A program made the translations under genes and the position numbers. From NCBI GenBank assembly GCA_000004985.1, contig GG738855.1: 64,000 nt of DNA. One strand, 5' to 3'. The notes beneath the pieces were generated by a model. It did not search any database. It was not told where the DNA came from and saw nothing but the letters and a program-made list of their open reading frames with translations. This DNA comes from Naegleria gruberi (taxonomy: Eukaryota). Below are positions 1 to 10,099 of the stretch, piece after piece (positions within the stretch are counted from its first letter, which is position 1; each line of letters begins with the position of its first letter).

Positions 1-834
1 CCCAAACCAAGAGGAACCAAATTTGACAATCTCTTTCAAATGCTGACATTGGAAGAGGCAATGGACTACATTCTTGCCCTCACTCCTGTCAATGGAACCA
101 CTATCAAACTCTACATTGAAACAAAACATCCAACATACTTTAAACAGGTGTTAAATGTTGATGTGAATCAAATGTTGGTCGATGTTTTGACCAAGTACAA
201 CTATTTGGAGCATACCATGTTTGAATCGTTTGAGATTTCGAGTATGGCTGCAATGAAAAACATACTTTCACAGAGAAATATTGCACCACTCGGTTTTGTT
301 CTCTTGCTATTTTCTAATGAAACAAGACAAGCCGATAATGGAAGATATTATGGAGAGTATTTGACAGAGAGTGGAATTGATTTGGCAAAGAGTATGGGAA
401 TAACTGGATTTGGGCCGGCATGGAGTCTGGTTACGAAACCTTGGGTTGATCTGGTCCATCAACGATCCATGATTATTCATCCATATACTTACAGACCTGA
501 AGAATACTTTTTGAAGGATACACCATACATGACCTTTTCAGAATTTATTGGAAGTGCTTTGGAGCTTGGAGTTGATGGAGTTTTCACAGAAGATATTACT
601 CAGACAAGGGAAATTGTAGAGGCATATGAATCTGATAACTCACTCCAAACAATTTTAATCATTGGTGGAGTAATGGCATTGGTTTTGATTATAGTTTTTA
701 CTGCCTCATTGTTTGTTGCTTATTTTTGTGGAATGAGAAAGAGTAAGAATTCATCCTCTATTAATATTTATCAACAAGAGGAACAAGTTGGCCTCACAGG
801 GAAACCATCTACTTTCGTTTATCAACAAGAATAA
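1..834 (+). CDS. Glycerophosphodiester phosphodiesterase (GDPD) family protein with a C-terminal transmembrane segment; 5' partial, the ORF is open in frame 1 from the window edge
   Basis: Frame 1 is open from nt 1. GDPD-like motifs are present (LEEAMDY, IETKHP, C-terminal GVDGVFTEDI resembling the GDPD VDGIITD motif). A hydrophobic stretch ILIIGGVMALVLIIVFTASLFVAYF lies near the C-terminus. Stop TAA at 832-834. Confidence 0.55.
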   Translation, partial: PKPRGTKFDNLFQMLTLEEAMDYILALTPVNGTTIKLYIETKHPTYFKQVLNVDVNQMLVDVLTKYNYLEHTMFESFEISSMAAMKNILSQRNIAPLGFVLLLFSNETRQADNGRYYGEYLTESGIDLAKSMGITGFGPAWSLVTKPWVDLVHQRSMIIHPYTYRPEEYFLKDTPYMTFSEFIGSALELGVDGVFTEDITQTREIVEAYESDNSLQTILIIGGVMALVLIIVFTASLFVAYFCGMRKSKNSSSINIYQQEEQVGLTGKPSTFVYQQE

Positions 835-901
835 TTAGTTCCTCAATTCATATTTAGAGCTAGCTATATTACAAAGTTGTTTGAAATTTTATTACAATAA
901 A

Positions 902-3157
902 TTAGAAAAAGTCGTTTGGATCGTCCCACTTATTATTATTGACACTGGGGTATAGATTACTCTTTGCTTTCTGTTCCTTTTCAAATTGAGTAAATGGATC
1001 TTCATCCAGATTCACATTACTAAATGTACCTGACGTACGACTTGGTTTGTGTAGACTTGTTGGAGTGGTGGAGACTGGTGTTGGTTGAAGAGGAGTACTG
1101 ACACTTTGTCTCTTGGTTGGTAAGCTTGGAGGAGGCTTTTCAGGTCTCTTTGGAAGTGGAATATTTGATTTTGGAACATTTGGTGAGGTTGTTGTGGTTG
1201 GGGTGGTTGGTTGTGTGAAGGTATTAACATTGGATTGTTGTGGTGCATAGGTTGGCAAGGAACGAGATGGAGGTGGAAGGAAACCTTTCTTTTTAGATTC
1301 TTCCTCAAAGGAATTGTATGGTTCTGCTACGAATGATGGAACTTCAGCCTCTTCTCCACCTGAGGAACTATTAAACTTTTGAATTCTTTGTTGTCTGAAT
1401 TGGTCAATTTGATCTCTGACATATGGTCCAATGTAGGTTGGATAGAGACCTATCATTAATTCACAAGTCTTGTTGATAGCTTGACTGTCCTTGGCCATTC
1501 TCATTGGATTGTTATCCATGCTCTTTAAAATATTTACACCAAACACAATCGAAAGGTTAGAAACTGTCATCTTATTTTCACTAGAGTGAGCAGCAACCTT
1601 TCCTAAAAAGACCATCAATTTATCCAACAGAGCAATATGTTCGATTGGTAATTGTTTAACCAACTCCAACATTCCATATCCAATTTGGCTCTCATCTTGT
1701 CTATGAATTAAACTGAGGAAGGAATCATACCTTTCATAGGTCAATAATGGTTCTGGTAATTCTCTCAAGAACATTTTAAGGAGACCAGCAACAACGTGAA
1801 TATCTTTGAATTCCTTATTGGTGATCATTGCTTGCAAGTCGAGATGTTTCTTACCATTGTCGTACATCTTTTTAACATAACTCATACCAACAACTTCACC
1901 AGCCAATCTGAAAATACCTTCCATAGTTAGACCATTCTTTTCAACATAATCAAAGAGATCAATACACATGTTTGGAACAACATCACGATTCAATTCTCTT
2001 TCTCTCTTCATGAGGGCTGTAAGAGCAACACCAAATACTTGTTTGTTTTCCTTTGGCTTTTTTGGCTTTGGTTGTTGATAGACTTGTTGTTGACTGGCCA
2101 CATTGTCCTTATAGTTAGTAATATCATTTACATCATAGTTACGCATGGCAGTTCTTGATTTACCAGTAATTAAATGGCTTGCCAATTCATCCAATGCTTG
2201 GGAACCAGCAATGAAATATGTTCTATAAACTGAAATAAATTGACGAATAGCATTCAAATATTGATAATCTCTCAATTCTTCTTGGTACTGCATTTCCTTC
2301 ATAATATTCTCGTGAACTTGAGCTGCTACCTTTTTCTTTTCTTCAGCATCCTTCTCTGCATTCTTAACCTTGACGAGATCATTTGACTTTTGTTTAAGAG
2401 TATTGTAACGAGTTTCATCGACATTGTGTTCAACAACTGCTTCTCTATAGTATTCCTTGAGATTTTTACAAGTATCACCTTCTTCCATTGATTCATGAAT
2501 TTTACTCAGTAAGATACTGGAAACATCGTTATTCATATTGCTTCTGAGTTCAGCCAAAACTTCCAAACAACATCCCAATTGATCAAACATGTTAAACATT
2601 TTGTTAACTTCAAGATTTGTATAGTAGGTCTTTGGAGGTGCAAATGATTCACCAGAAACATAATCCATTTTCAAGGTGGCTGCATATTCTTTGAATTGAG
2701 TTGCAATACCCAATTCGTCTTCAGAGTGAATTTGAGATGACTTGGTGAACTTTCTCAAAAGTTTATCCATTTCTTTGTAATGACCTTGTGTATCTTTGAA
2801 AACTTGATTGTTACGAACAAAATCGTCTGGATATTCAATTTCTTCTGCCTTTCCGATAGTTTTCATGATTTTATGTTTACCTGTTGAAATTGAAACAATT
2901 TAAATTATAAACACTAAAACATATTACATGAATTACATACCAACAGTTGTTGCCTTCTTCCAAAATGTTCCCATAACATTTGCACCACTATTTGTACTGG
3001 TACTCGATGCTGTGGCACTATTATTTTGTGAAGGATTTGAAGAACGAGGTGATGATGGTGAATCATCATTAAATTCATCAGATCCTGCACTGACATTATT
3101 ATAATTACTACTTCCAGCAGTACCTGTGGTTGGTTTTTTACCAAATATTCCCCTCAT
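902..3157 (-). CDS. BAR-domain RhoGAP (GRAF/oligophrenin-like architecture) with a Pro-rich tail. Exon 2 is 902..2880 and encodes the whole BAR+RhoGAP body. A probable 5' exon lies at 2941..3157, separated by a 60-nt GTATGT...CAACAG intron at 2881..2940.
   Basis: The RhoGAP core is recognizable (GIFRLAG, VAGLLKMFLRELPEPLL, NKMTVSNLSIVFGVNIL) after an N-terminal coiled BAR-like region. The C-terminus has PPxP repeats. The upstream exon joins in frame (…TTV-G|KHKIMKTIGK…). ATG at 3157 is preceded by an in-frame TAG. Confidence 0.8.
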
Positions 3158-3220
3158 GATGATGTTGTTGATCTATTATTATTATTCTTAGCAAGTTGTT
3201 GATGATGCTTGATTTTAATA

Positions 3221-3607
3221 TTAAAATATTTGTCGTCGTCTGTCTGCAGTAACACACTGATAATACGGTGGTGATGAGATGGTGATTCTAATTGTATTCA
3301 AGACAATAGTGTGATGGTATAATGGAGTGTTCTTCTCTAGTTGTTCGCGCTCTCTGTGTCTTGAGCGTTTTTCTTCTTTGACAAATTTGAGTAAATTTAC
3401 AGTTGTGTATGAGTTTAAAGAAGACCTTTCGATGGTGGTGTTGTTGTACTTTTGTTGGTTCAGATTTTTGAGTTTCAAATTGTGAACAGCAACAAAAAGA
3501 TCGCTAATAGAAAACTGATCAGAGGAAAGAGTTGGAAGACTTTTTTTTGTTGATGAAATTTGGATGATAGTGATTGATGATGGATGGTATGAGGAAAGAA
3601 GATTCAT
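3221..3607 (-). CDS. Small low-complexity ORF (128 aa) in the divergent spacer between the RhoGAP and GlyRS genes; possibly a real small gene or non-coding
   Basis: ATG-initiated 128-codon ORF, unusual for an AT-rich spacer. No recognizable domain; composition is Ser/Thr/Asn-rich. Confidence 0.2.
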   Translation of the reverse strand: MNLLSSYHPSSITIIQISSTKKSLPTLSSDQFSISDLFVAVHNLKLKNLNQQKYNNTTIERSSLNSYTTVNLLKFVKEEKRSRHREREQLEKNTPLYHHTIVLNTIRITISSPPYYQCVTADRRRQIF

Positions 3608-3849
3608 GCTTGTCTGTTCGTTTAGTATTATTACAACTTTTTATTGTTTGATTCGAATCATTGACATGGCAGTGCTGATTCGATATCATTATTTGAAATG
3701 AGATGTGAAAATCAGAGAAAATTCTCATCTCTCTCGAGTTCTAGACAATAAAAAACCTTTACAATGCTCGCAATAACTTGTTGGAATGATGAAGAGATTG
3801 AAAAACTTTCTCAATCTCTCCTTTTGGAAAATTAATTTAGTTAAAAAAA

Positions 3850-5646
3850 ATGATGCAACAATCAAAGAGGCTTGTAAAGAACAAACAATTGGCCAATCAT
3901 CATCTATTTGCTAATGGCTTGATTAATTCATCCACTAATAGTACTATTAGAAAATTTAATAATTGTAAATTTAATCATTCGGAAAAAAAGAAAGAAACAC
4001 CAAGCACATCAGATGATTATCATCCAAGCTGTAGGTATTTGTTATTAATTGCTTTCCGAAAATTTCTTTTTTTCTTCTTCATCGAATATTTTATAGTGAA
4101 TGATTTTGTTGCTTTCTGTAAGAGAAGAGGATTTGCCTATCAAGGATCATCACTCTATGGTGGATTGAGTGGTTCTTTTGATTATGGTACTATTGGAGCT
4201 CAATTGAAGAAAAATTTGAAGGATCTTTGGTGGAAAGACTTTGTTGAACTTAGAAGGGATTGTGTTGGTATTGATACTCCAATTATTTTACATTCTAAAG
4301 TTTGGGAAAAGTCTGGCCACATTGGAAATTTTACTGATCCTATGGTGACATGTTTATCTTGTCACTCTAGATTTGAGTATGTTTTTTATTTATGAATTTA
4401 GTTGATTGAGAATTTGTTAGAGTTGAAAATTTGTTAAAAAGACAACAAAATCCAGAAACAAAGCCAACAATCGACAAGATGGAAACTGCAAAAGAAAAAA
4501 TTGAATGGATGAATCAAAATTCCTCACAAGTTACTTGTCCATGTGAAAAGAAGGCTAACTCTTGGGATAAGATTAGAAACTTTGACATGCTTTTCAAAAC
4601 CATGTATGGACCAATTGAAAAGGAAGAAAATACTGCCTATTTGAGACCAGAAACAGCTCAAGGTATCTTTATCAACTTTAACAATGTTATTACCACCTCC
4701 AGAAAGAGACTTCCACTCGGTGTTGGTCAAATTGGTAAGGCATTCAGAAATGAAATTTCACCAAGAGATTTCATTTTCAGACAACGTGAATTCGAACAAA
4801 TGGAATTGGAATATTTCTGTCATCCAACTCAATCCTCTGACTATTTCAAATATTGGGTCAACTTTTGTCATGAATGGCTTTTAAAGTATGGCCTCAAGAA
4901 GGATAATGTCAGAATTTATACCAAGACTCAAGATTTGGCTCACTACTCTAAGGAAACATCTGATATTGAATACTTATTCCCATTTGGTTGGTCTGAAATT
5001 TGGGGTATTGCCAATAGAACTGATTATGATTTGCAAGCTCACGTTCAACCATCAAGTAAGTCTTAATATTTATAATCAGTTTAATAATATCATCTACTCA
5101 ATTTATTTCCTGCAATTTGATCAATTATTTTCAATCAACTTAACAAATTAAATAGAGAAGGATAAGCACACTTTCGAATATGTTGACCCTCAAACCAATG
5201 AAAAGTATGTTCCTCACGTTGTTGAACCATCAGCAGGTGCAGATAGAGTATTATTTGCCTTCCTCTATGATGCTTACAATGTAGAAGAAGTTCCAGGTGA
5301 AGAAAAGAGAGTTGTCTTAAAGATTCATCCTGACCTCGCTCCATACAAGTTTGCTGTCTTCCCACTCCAAAAGAAGCCAGTAGAATTAATGAGTAAGGCT
5401 GAAGAAATCTACTCTCAACTCGCCTCAGTTGTCTCCACAGATTATGATGTTTCTTCCAGCATTGGAGTATTGTACAGAAGACATGACGAAATTGGTACTC
5501 CTTATTGTATCACTATTGACCATCAAACCTTAAAGGATAACACTGTCACTGTTAGAGACAGAGATACCATGAAGCAAATCAGAATGAATATCAACGATAT
5601 TGTCACCAATCCATTGCACCTCCTCAAGAACAATCCTTTCAATTAA
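3850..5646 (+). CDS. GARS: Glycyl-tRNA synthetase (class II, eukaryotic/archaeal alpha2 type), 4 exons: 3850..4030, 4097..4376, 4421(or 4442)..5055, 5156..5646
   Basis: Catalytic core motifs (RRGFAYQGSSLYGGLSGSFDYGTIGAQLKKNL, LHSKVWEKSGHIGNFTDPMV, YLRPETAQGIF, GVGQIGKAFRNEISPR, VEPSAGADRVLFAFLYDAY) and a C-terminal anticodon-binding domain. Introns have GTAGGT/GTATGT/GTAAGT donors and TAG acceptors, with in-frame junctions. Confidence 0.9.
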
Positions 5647-5709
5647 TTGTTCCTCTATTGGTATCATTATGATTGGAATCAATTTGATTAAATTTTAATA
5701 AATTAAAAA

Positions 5710-7863
5710 ATGTTTAAAAGGACAAAATTTAATATTCTCTCATCACCATGTTCCTCTTCTGTGATGAAGAAACAATTATTGATATTGCTCCGAACAAGTA
5801 TTCCTTCTTATTGTTATCACCATTCGTCCTTTCCAACATCAACAACCTTCGGATCATCTAAAAATACTCTGGCCAATTTCAAATATTCATCGTGCAAAAT
5901 CAATCCTGAACATGGGCAACTTTTTCAAAAACATCATCAACACCAACAACAATACCATCATCAAACAAGCAAATTTAATTCCAAAATTAAATCGTCATCA
6001 CCCCAAGAAAAAATGAACAACAATCATAATTCAACCATCACCAGTACCAACAAGGAAGAACAAGTGTTGGAGGACATACCAATGGGAAGTTCTTTGGTTC
6101 CACATTCAAGCCACAATTTTTGGAAATTAGAAAGTATTCATAATCCGGTGTATCATGTTCATGAAGATCACGAAGATCACTTGTATACAGAAGAAAAACA
6201 TATTTATTTAAAAGAACACAGATTTCATAAAGCTTCCCATGATAAGTATAAACATGCTTTGGAGAAATTACCTGATGGACCACTCACAAAAGAAAATCAA
6301 CCTAAAATTCATATAACACAAGAGGAGGAAAAGATTTTCTCATTCTTATTGGAAGTAAATAATCATTTCAAGCTGGGAACTACTTTAAGAGTTGCTGGAG
6401 GTTGGGTAAGAAACAAATTATTGGGATTGGATGGTGATGATGTGGATATTGCAATTGATAACATGATGGGAGCTGACTTTGCTAATTATGTTTCACAATA
6501 TGAAAAACTCAAGGGCTTACCTTCCAAGGCTATTGGTATCATCAGTGCCAATCCAGAACAAAGTAAACACTTGGAGACAGCCACTACTCATATTTTTGGT
6601 CAATCCATCGACTTTGTAAATTTAAGAAGTGAAGAATATGCTGAAGAATCAAGAATTCCATCAAATATCAAACTTGGAACTCCACTTCAAGATGCTAATA
6701 GAAGAGACTTGACTATCAATGCTCTCTTTTATAATTTGAATGAACAAATTATTGAAGATTTTACTGGAAAGGGTATGCATGATATGAAACATAGAATTGT
6801 TAGAACTCCACTCCCACCAGTCCAAACATTTTTGGATGATCCATTGAGAGTTTTGAGATCTATCAGATTTGCTTGTTTCTTTGATTTTTTAATTGCTGAT
6901 GAAATAATGGATGCTGCTCATAACCATGATGTTGATGTTGCACTTGCTGAAAAAGTCAGTAGAGAACGAGTGGGTACAGAACTTTTGAAAATACTCAAGG
7001 GACACGATCCAGTTGGTGCCTTTGCCTTGATTGGAGAAATGAAAATCAGGCACATTGTCTTTACCTATTCTACTGGAGACAAGAAGAAGAAGGACCTATT
7101 CCCTCGCGAATATATTAATCCAATTCCAATTGAGTGGAAGGACCAATTACAATGGGAAAATTCTCTCTATAGAATGCGTGTCATGATTAAGCTTGCAAAG
7201 AAGTATAATCTCTCTTTAGATGAAAGAGTAGAATTATTGCTTGCTGGTTTTCTTTCTCCAATTACAAGTCATGATATGTCGAGAGAGCAAATTGAAGAAA
7301 TTTGTTACAACTTGATTGTTTCATCTCTGAGATTACCTTTGAAATTGGCAGGAAATGTATCAACAATAATTTACGGAGCTCATTACATTAAGGGTAAAGT
7401 ATTGGTTTGTGAGGAAAACAAGGCCAGTTTGGATGAACAATTCTTTGCTAATATCATCTCAGAGGATCGGGTATTAGTTGGTAGATGGCTGAAAAATACT
7501 GTCAAACACTTGTATGATAAGTCTTTAATGTTATGTAACGTAATCAACACTCAAGGAACTGAATTTACTGAAAAGAGATGTTTCAGAGCTGTCAAGTTCT
7601 TAAAAGCTCTCAACGAACAACATGTCAAGTTAATAGAATTGAGTCAATCATCATCCCCACTTAAAGGCAATGAAATTTCAACTGCTCTTGATGTTCCTCC
7701 TGGACCAATCATTGCTGAAGTTGGAGAAGATTTGAGTACTTTCATTTTCCAAAATTATCCTCAAATTGTGGATAGAGAACAAGCTTTCGAATGGCTTGCT
7801 GAAAATGCTCAAACTTATAAATCAAAAGCAGAACTCAATCCAAAGAAGAAGCAAAAGAAATAA
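5710..7863 (+). CDS. CCA-adding tRNA nucleotidyltransferase (class II polymerase-beta family) with a roughly 190-aa His/Gln-rich N-terminal extension
   Basis: Motifs LRVAGGWVRNKLLG, DDVDIAID, RRDLTINALFYN, and a HD-like tail domain. Confidence 0.9.
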   Translation: MFKRTKFNILSSPCSSSVMKKQLLILLRTSIPSYCYHHSSFPTSTTFGSSKNTLANFKYSSCKINPEHGQLFQKHHQHQQQYHHQTSKFNSKIKSSSPQEKMNNNHNSTITSTNKEEQVLEDIPMGSSLVPHSSHNFWKLESIHNPVYHVHEDHEDHLYTEEKHIYLKEHRFHKASHDKYKHALEKLPDGPLTKENQPKIHITQEEEKIFSFLLEVNNHFKLGTTLRVAGGWVRNKLLGLDGDDVDIAIDNMMGADFANYVSQYEKLKGLPSKAIGIISANPEQSKHLETATTHIFGQSIDFVNLRSEEYAEESRIPSNIKLGTPLQDANRRDLTINALFYNLNEQIIEDFTGKGMHDMKHRIVRTPLPPVQTFLDDPLRVLRSIRFACFFDFLIADEIMDAAHNHDVDVALAEKVSRERVGTELLKILKGHDPVGAFALIGEMKIRHIVFTYSTGDKKKKDLFPREYINPIPIEWKDQLQWENSLYRMRVMIKLAKKYNLSLDERVELLLAGFLSPITSHDMSREQIEEICYNLIVSSLRLPLKLAGNVSTIIYGAHYIKGKVLVCEENKASLDEQFFANIISEDRVLVGRWLKNTVKHLYDKSLMLCNVINTQGTEFTEKRCFRAVKFLKALNEQHVKLIELSQSSSPLKGNEISTALDVPPGPIIAEVGEDLSTFIFQNYPQIVDREQAFEWLAENAQTYKSKAELNPKKKQKK

Positions 7864-7868
7864 ATTTA

Positions 7869-9740
7869 TTACACTTTGCCTACTTCAATCTTCAACATGT
7901 CTCTAAATGTTGTGTAAATGGTTTGTTTACCCAAATTCTTGAGAACGAAATATTCCAAAGCCACCATTACCAAAGCAAAAGCAGCTAGAATTACAACGTT
8001 AACCAAGAAGAGGAGTCTAGTAAGATAAATGAAGAGACACACTCCCAAGAAACCAATTGGAGGAGCAAAGATAGCAAGGGCTTGATAGAGAGGGAAGAAT
8101 CGAATAATCTTCTTGGTGAGCTCGGAAGTATCAGTCATACTAAGTTGAGTTTGATCAAAATTGGATACAATGGATTGTCTGGTTTGTTCCTTTACAAATT
8201 GACGGTAGAAGGAGAGAGAAACACAACTGAGCATAATAATTGTGGAGAAGAGAGAAATCCATTGGGTATGTGGATCATAGAAATCATTAGAGACAAATTT
8301 GATGAAGAAAAGAGTAGAAGCAAGAGCAATAATAGCAACACTTGCAATTGGCCAAACTCTTAAAATGGCTGTCTTTTTCAAACCTTCATAAAGGGAAATT
8401 GGTCTCTTTTGGGTCTTCTTATTCTTCATGGTAGACCAAGCTCTCTTCAGTTTAAAGTGAATGGTATTAGTGAGACATGAATTTTCAGGAAGAACTTTAG
8501 AAAGGAGCATTGGGAAGAGAGTATTGCTGCATGTAATACCAAAAACGAGAACAAATACTTCAGCAATGAATAATCCAACAAGGGCTGCAGGGAGAACAGA
8601 AAATTGAGGAAGTTGGAGAGCATATTCATACCAGTAATAGCTGGCATCAAGAATTGGAATGTTGAGGAATTTCCAAGGTTTGATTGGCAAGTTGTAGTGA
8701 ATAATTCTGAATTGTTTCTTGAGTCTTTGAATATAAGCATACTTGAAGAAGTAGTACATTGGAACTTCAGTATTCCAAGTGTATGGTATTCTCCAAATAT
8801 TCTTTGTTTCTCTGTATTTGGTGAGAATGTTTTGTTTTTCTTGTTCGGAAGCAGCTTCATCTAATTCTCTTTCAAGTTCCCATCCCTTAGATTTACGATG
8901 GAAATCAAAATACAAATTAATAAATCCTTGTTCACCTCCATCGTAACTCTTGTAGGCAGGACTACCCATCTTATCCATCATATCATCATAGGTTTTAGTA
9001 CTTGGTTCCAAGACCATGATACCTCCATTGAAAAATTCACTATTTAAGTATTTCCAATATTATTGTTATTAATTCCATGTTATTGTTTTTGAGAAAGTAG
9101 AGAATACTTACGTGTTACCCATATCACTTCCAGAACAAACAGGTCCAACACAATTAAAGAGAAGATCAACATTCTTGAATATTATACAATCAGAATCCAC
9201 AAAAACAAGTCTCTTGTATCCGAATTGATCCAATTTCCAAATGTGAAGTTTGTTGTAGGTATCAATAAATCTTGGTTCTGGGATTTTGGCATTAGGATTA
9301 TCAATATAGCTAGCAATAAATATGTGAACACGTTTGATGAGTGGATCACTTCTATAAGTTTCAATATTTCGAATAATATCTGCAATACGTTTACCAGTCA
9401 CTACTAGAACGAGATCATATTTGCCTCCTCTTGCAATGATACTTTTATACATGGCAAGGGCTCCTGAAAGATAGCCCTCCGAGCTAACCAATGTAGCATA
9501 GGCGTACTCACTATTATTTGGATTAACTTTACTCTGCACGTTATATTCAGCTTCAAAGCTGGCTTGCTTTGCATCTTTTTCGGTCGATTTTGCTGTTACA
9601 CTGAAAATTGCCGAAGATACAATGCAAACTACAAGGAGAGTAAGAAGTACGGCAGTGATAACCAAAGAAGTCGACTTCTTTGATGTTTTACTTCTCACCA
9701 TATTAAAATTGGATGATTGTGAATGGAAGGATTTCAGCAT
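7869..9740 (-). CDS. GT8 glycosyltransferase (glycogenin/galactinol-synthase-like) with an N-terminal signal anchor and a C-terminal polytopic membrane domain. Exons 9111..9740 and 7869..9039, with a 71-nt GTAAGT...TAG intron.
   Basis: GT8 motifs YATLVSSEGYLSGALAMYKSI, LVFVDSDCIIF (DxD), GGEQGFINLYF, HYNLPIKPW. Multiple hydrophobic helices follow residue ~200 of exon 2. The ATG at 9740 is used; the track start is TTG. Confidence 0.8.
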
Positions 9741-10099
9741 CTTCAAACTACAAAAAAACTGATTCAATAAATAGGAGGATCAGTTATATAAAGGAAGGTG
9801 AATAAATAAATTCGGAAAGGTTGTAGCTAGTGTGCTGCTGTTGTTGCGTATTTCAACTATGAAAATGAGAACGCGTTGGTAATTTGTGGAGTTTTTTTTT
9901 GAGTGAGTGCTCAAGGTCATCCAACGGATACCAGTTTATGAACAGTTTTGAGTGACGTTCGTGGGTGTTGGAAAAAAAAAGGATGGCGGGAATAGAGAAA
10001 ACCTTTAATTTCCTTAATTATTCTAATTGGATGAGCAGAGAAACTTGTGGTATTATCTAGTTATCTAATGACATTTCAAAATCCTTTCTATTCAAACAA

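Noticed and set aside
1012-1308. Antisense or overlapping ORFs inside the long genes (for example 1012..1308, 12176..12550, 13913..14236, 14348..14557, 37264..40758 plus-strand ORFs, 49704..50267, 62317..62974)
   Set aside because: They lie opposite or out of frame with domain-bearing genes and are dominated by low-complexity residues (poly-Leu/Ser/Phe from AT-rich antisense). They are the expected by-products of long, biased coding regions. None shows a recognizable motif.
4377-4441. Exact acceptor of GlyRS intron 2
   Set aside because: Two in-frame acceptors exist (TTGTTAG|A at 4420 and AAAAAG|A at 4441). The 4420 choice gives ...RFE-VENLLKRQQ..., which aligns better with the GlyRS HLLK region. 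It implies a 44-nt intron, plausible given other micro-introns here. Neither choice is excluded without cDNA.
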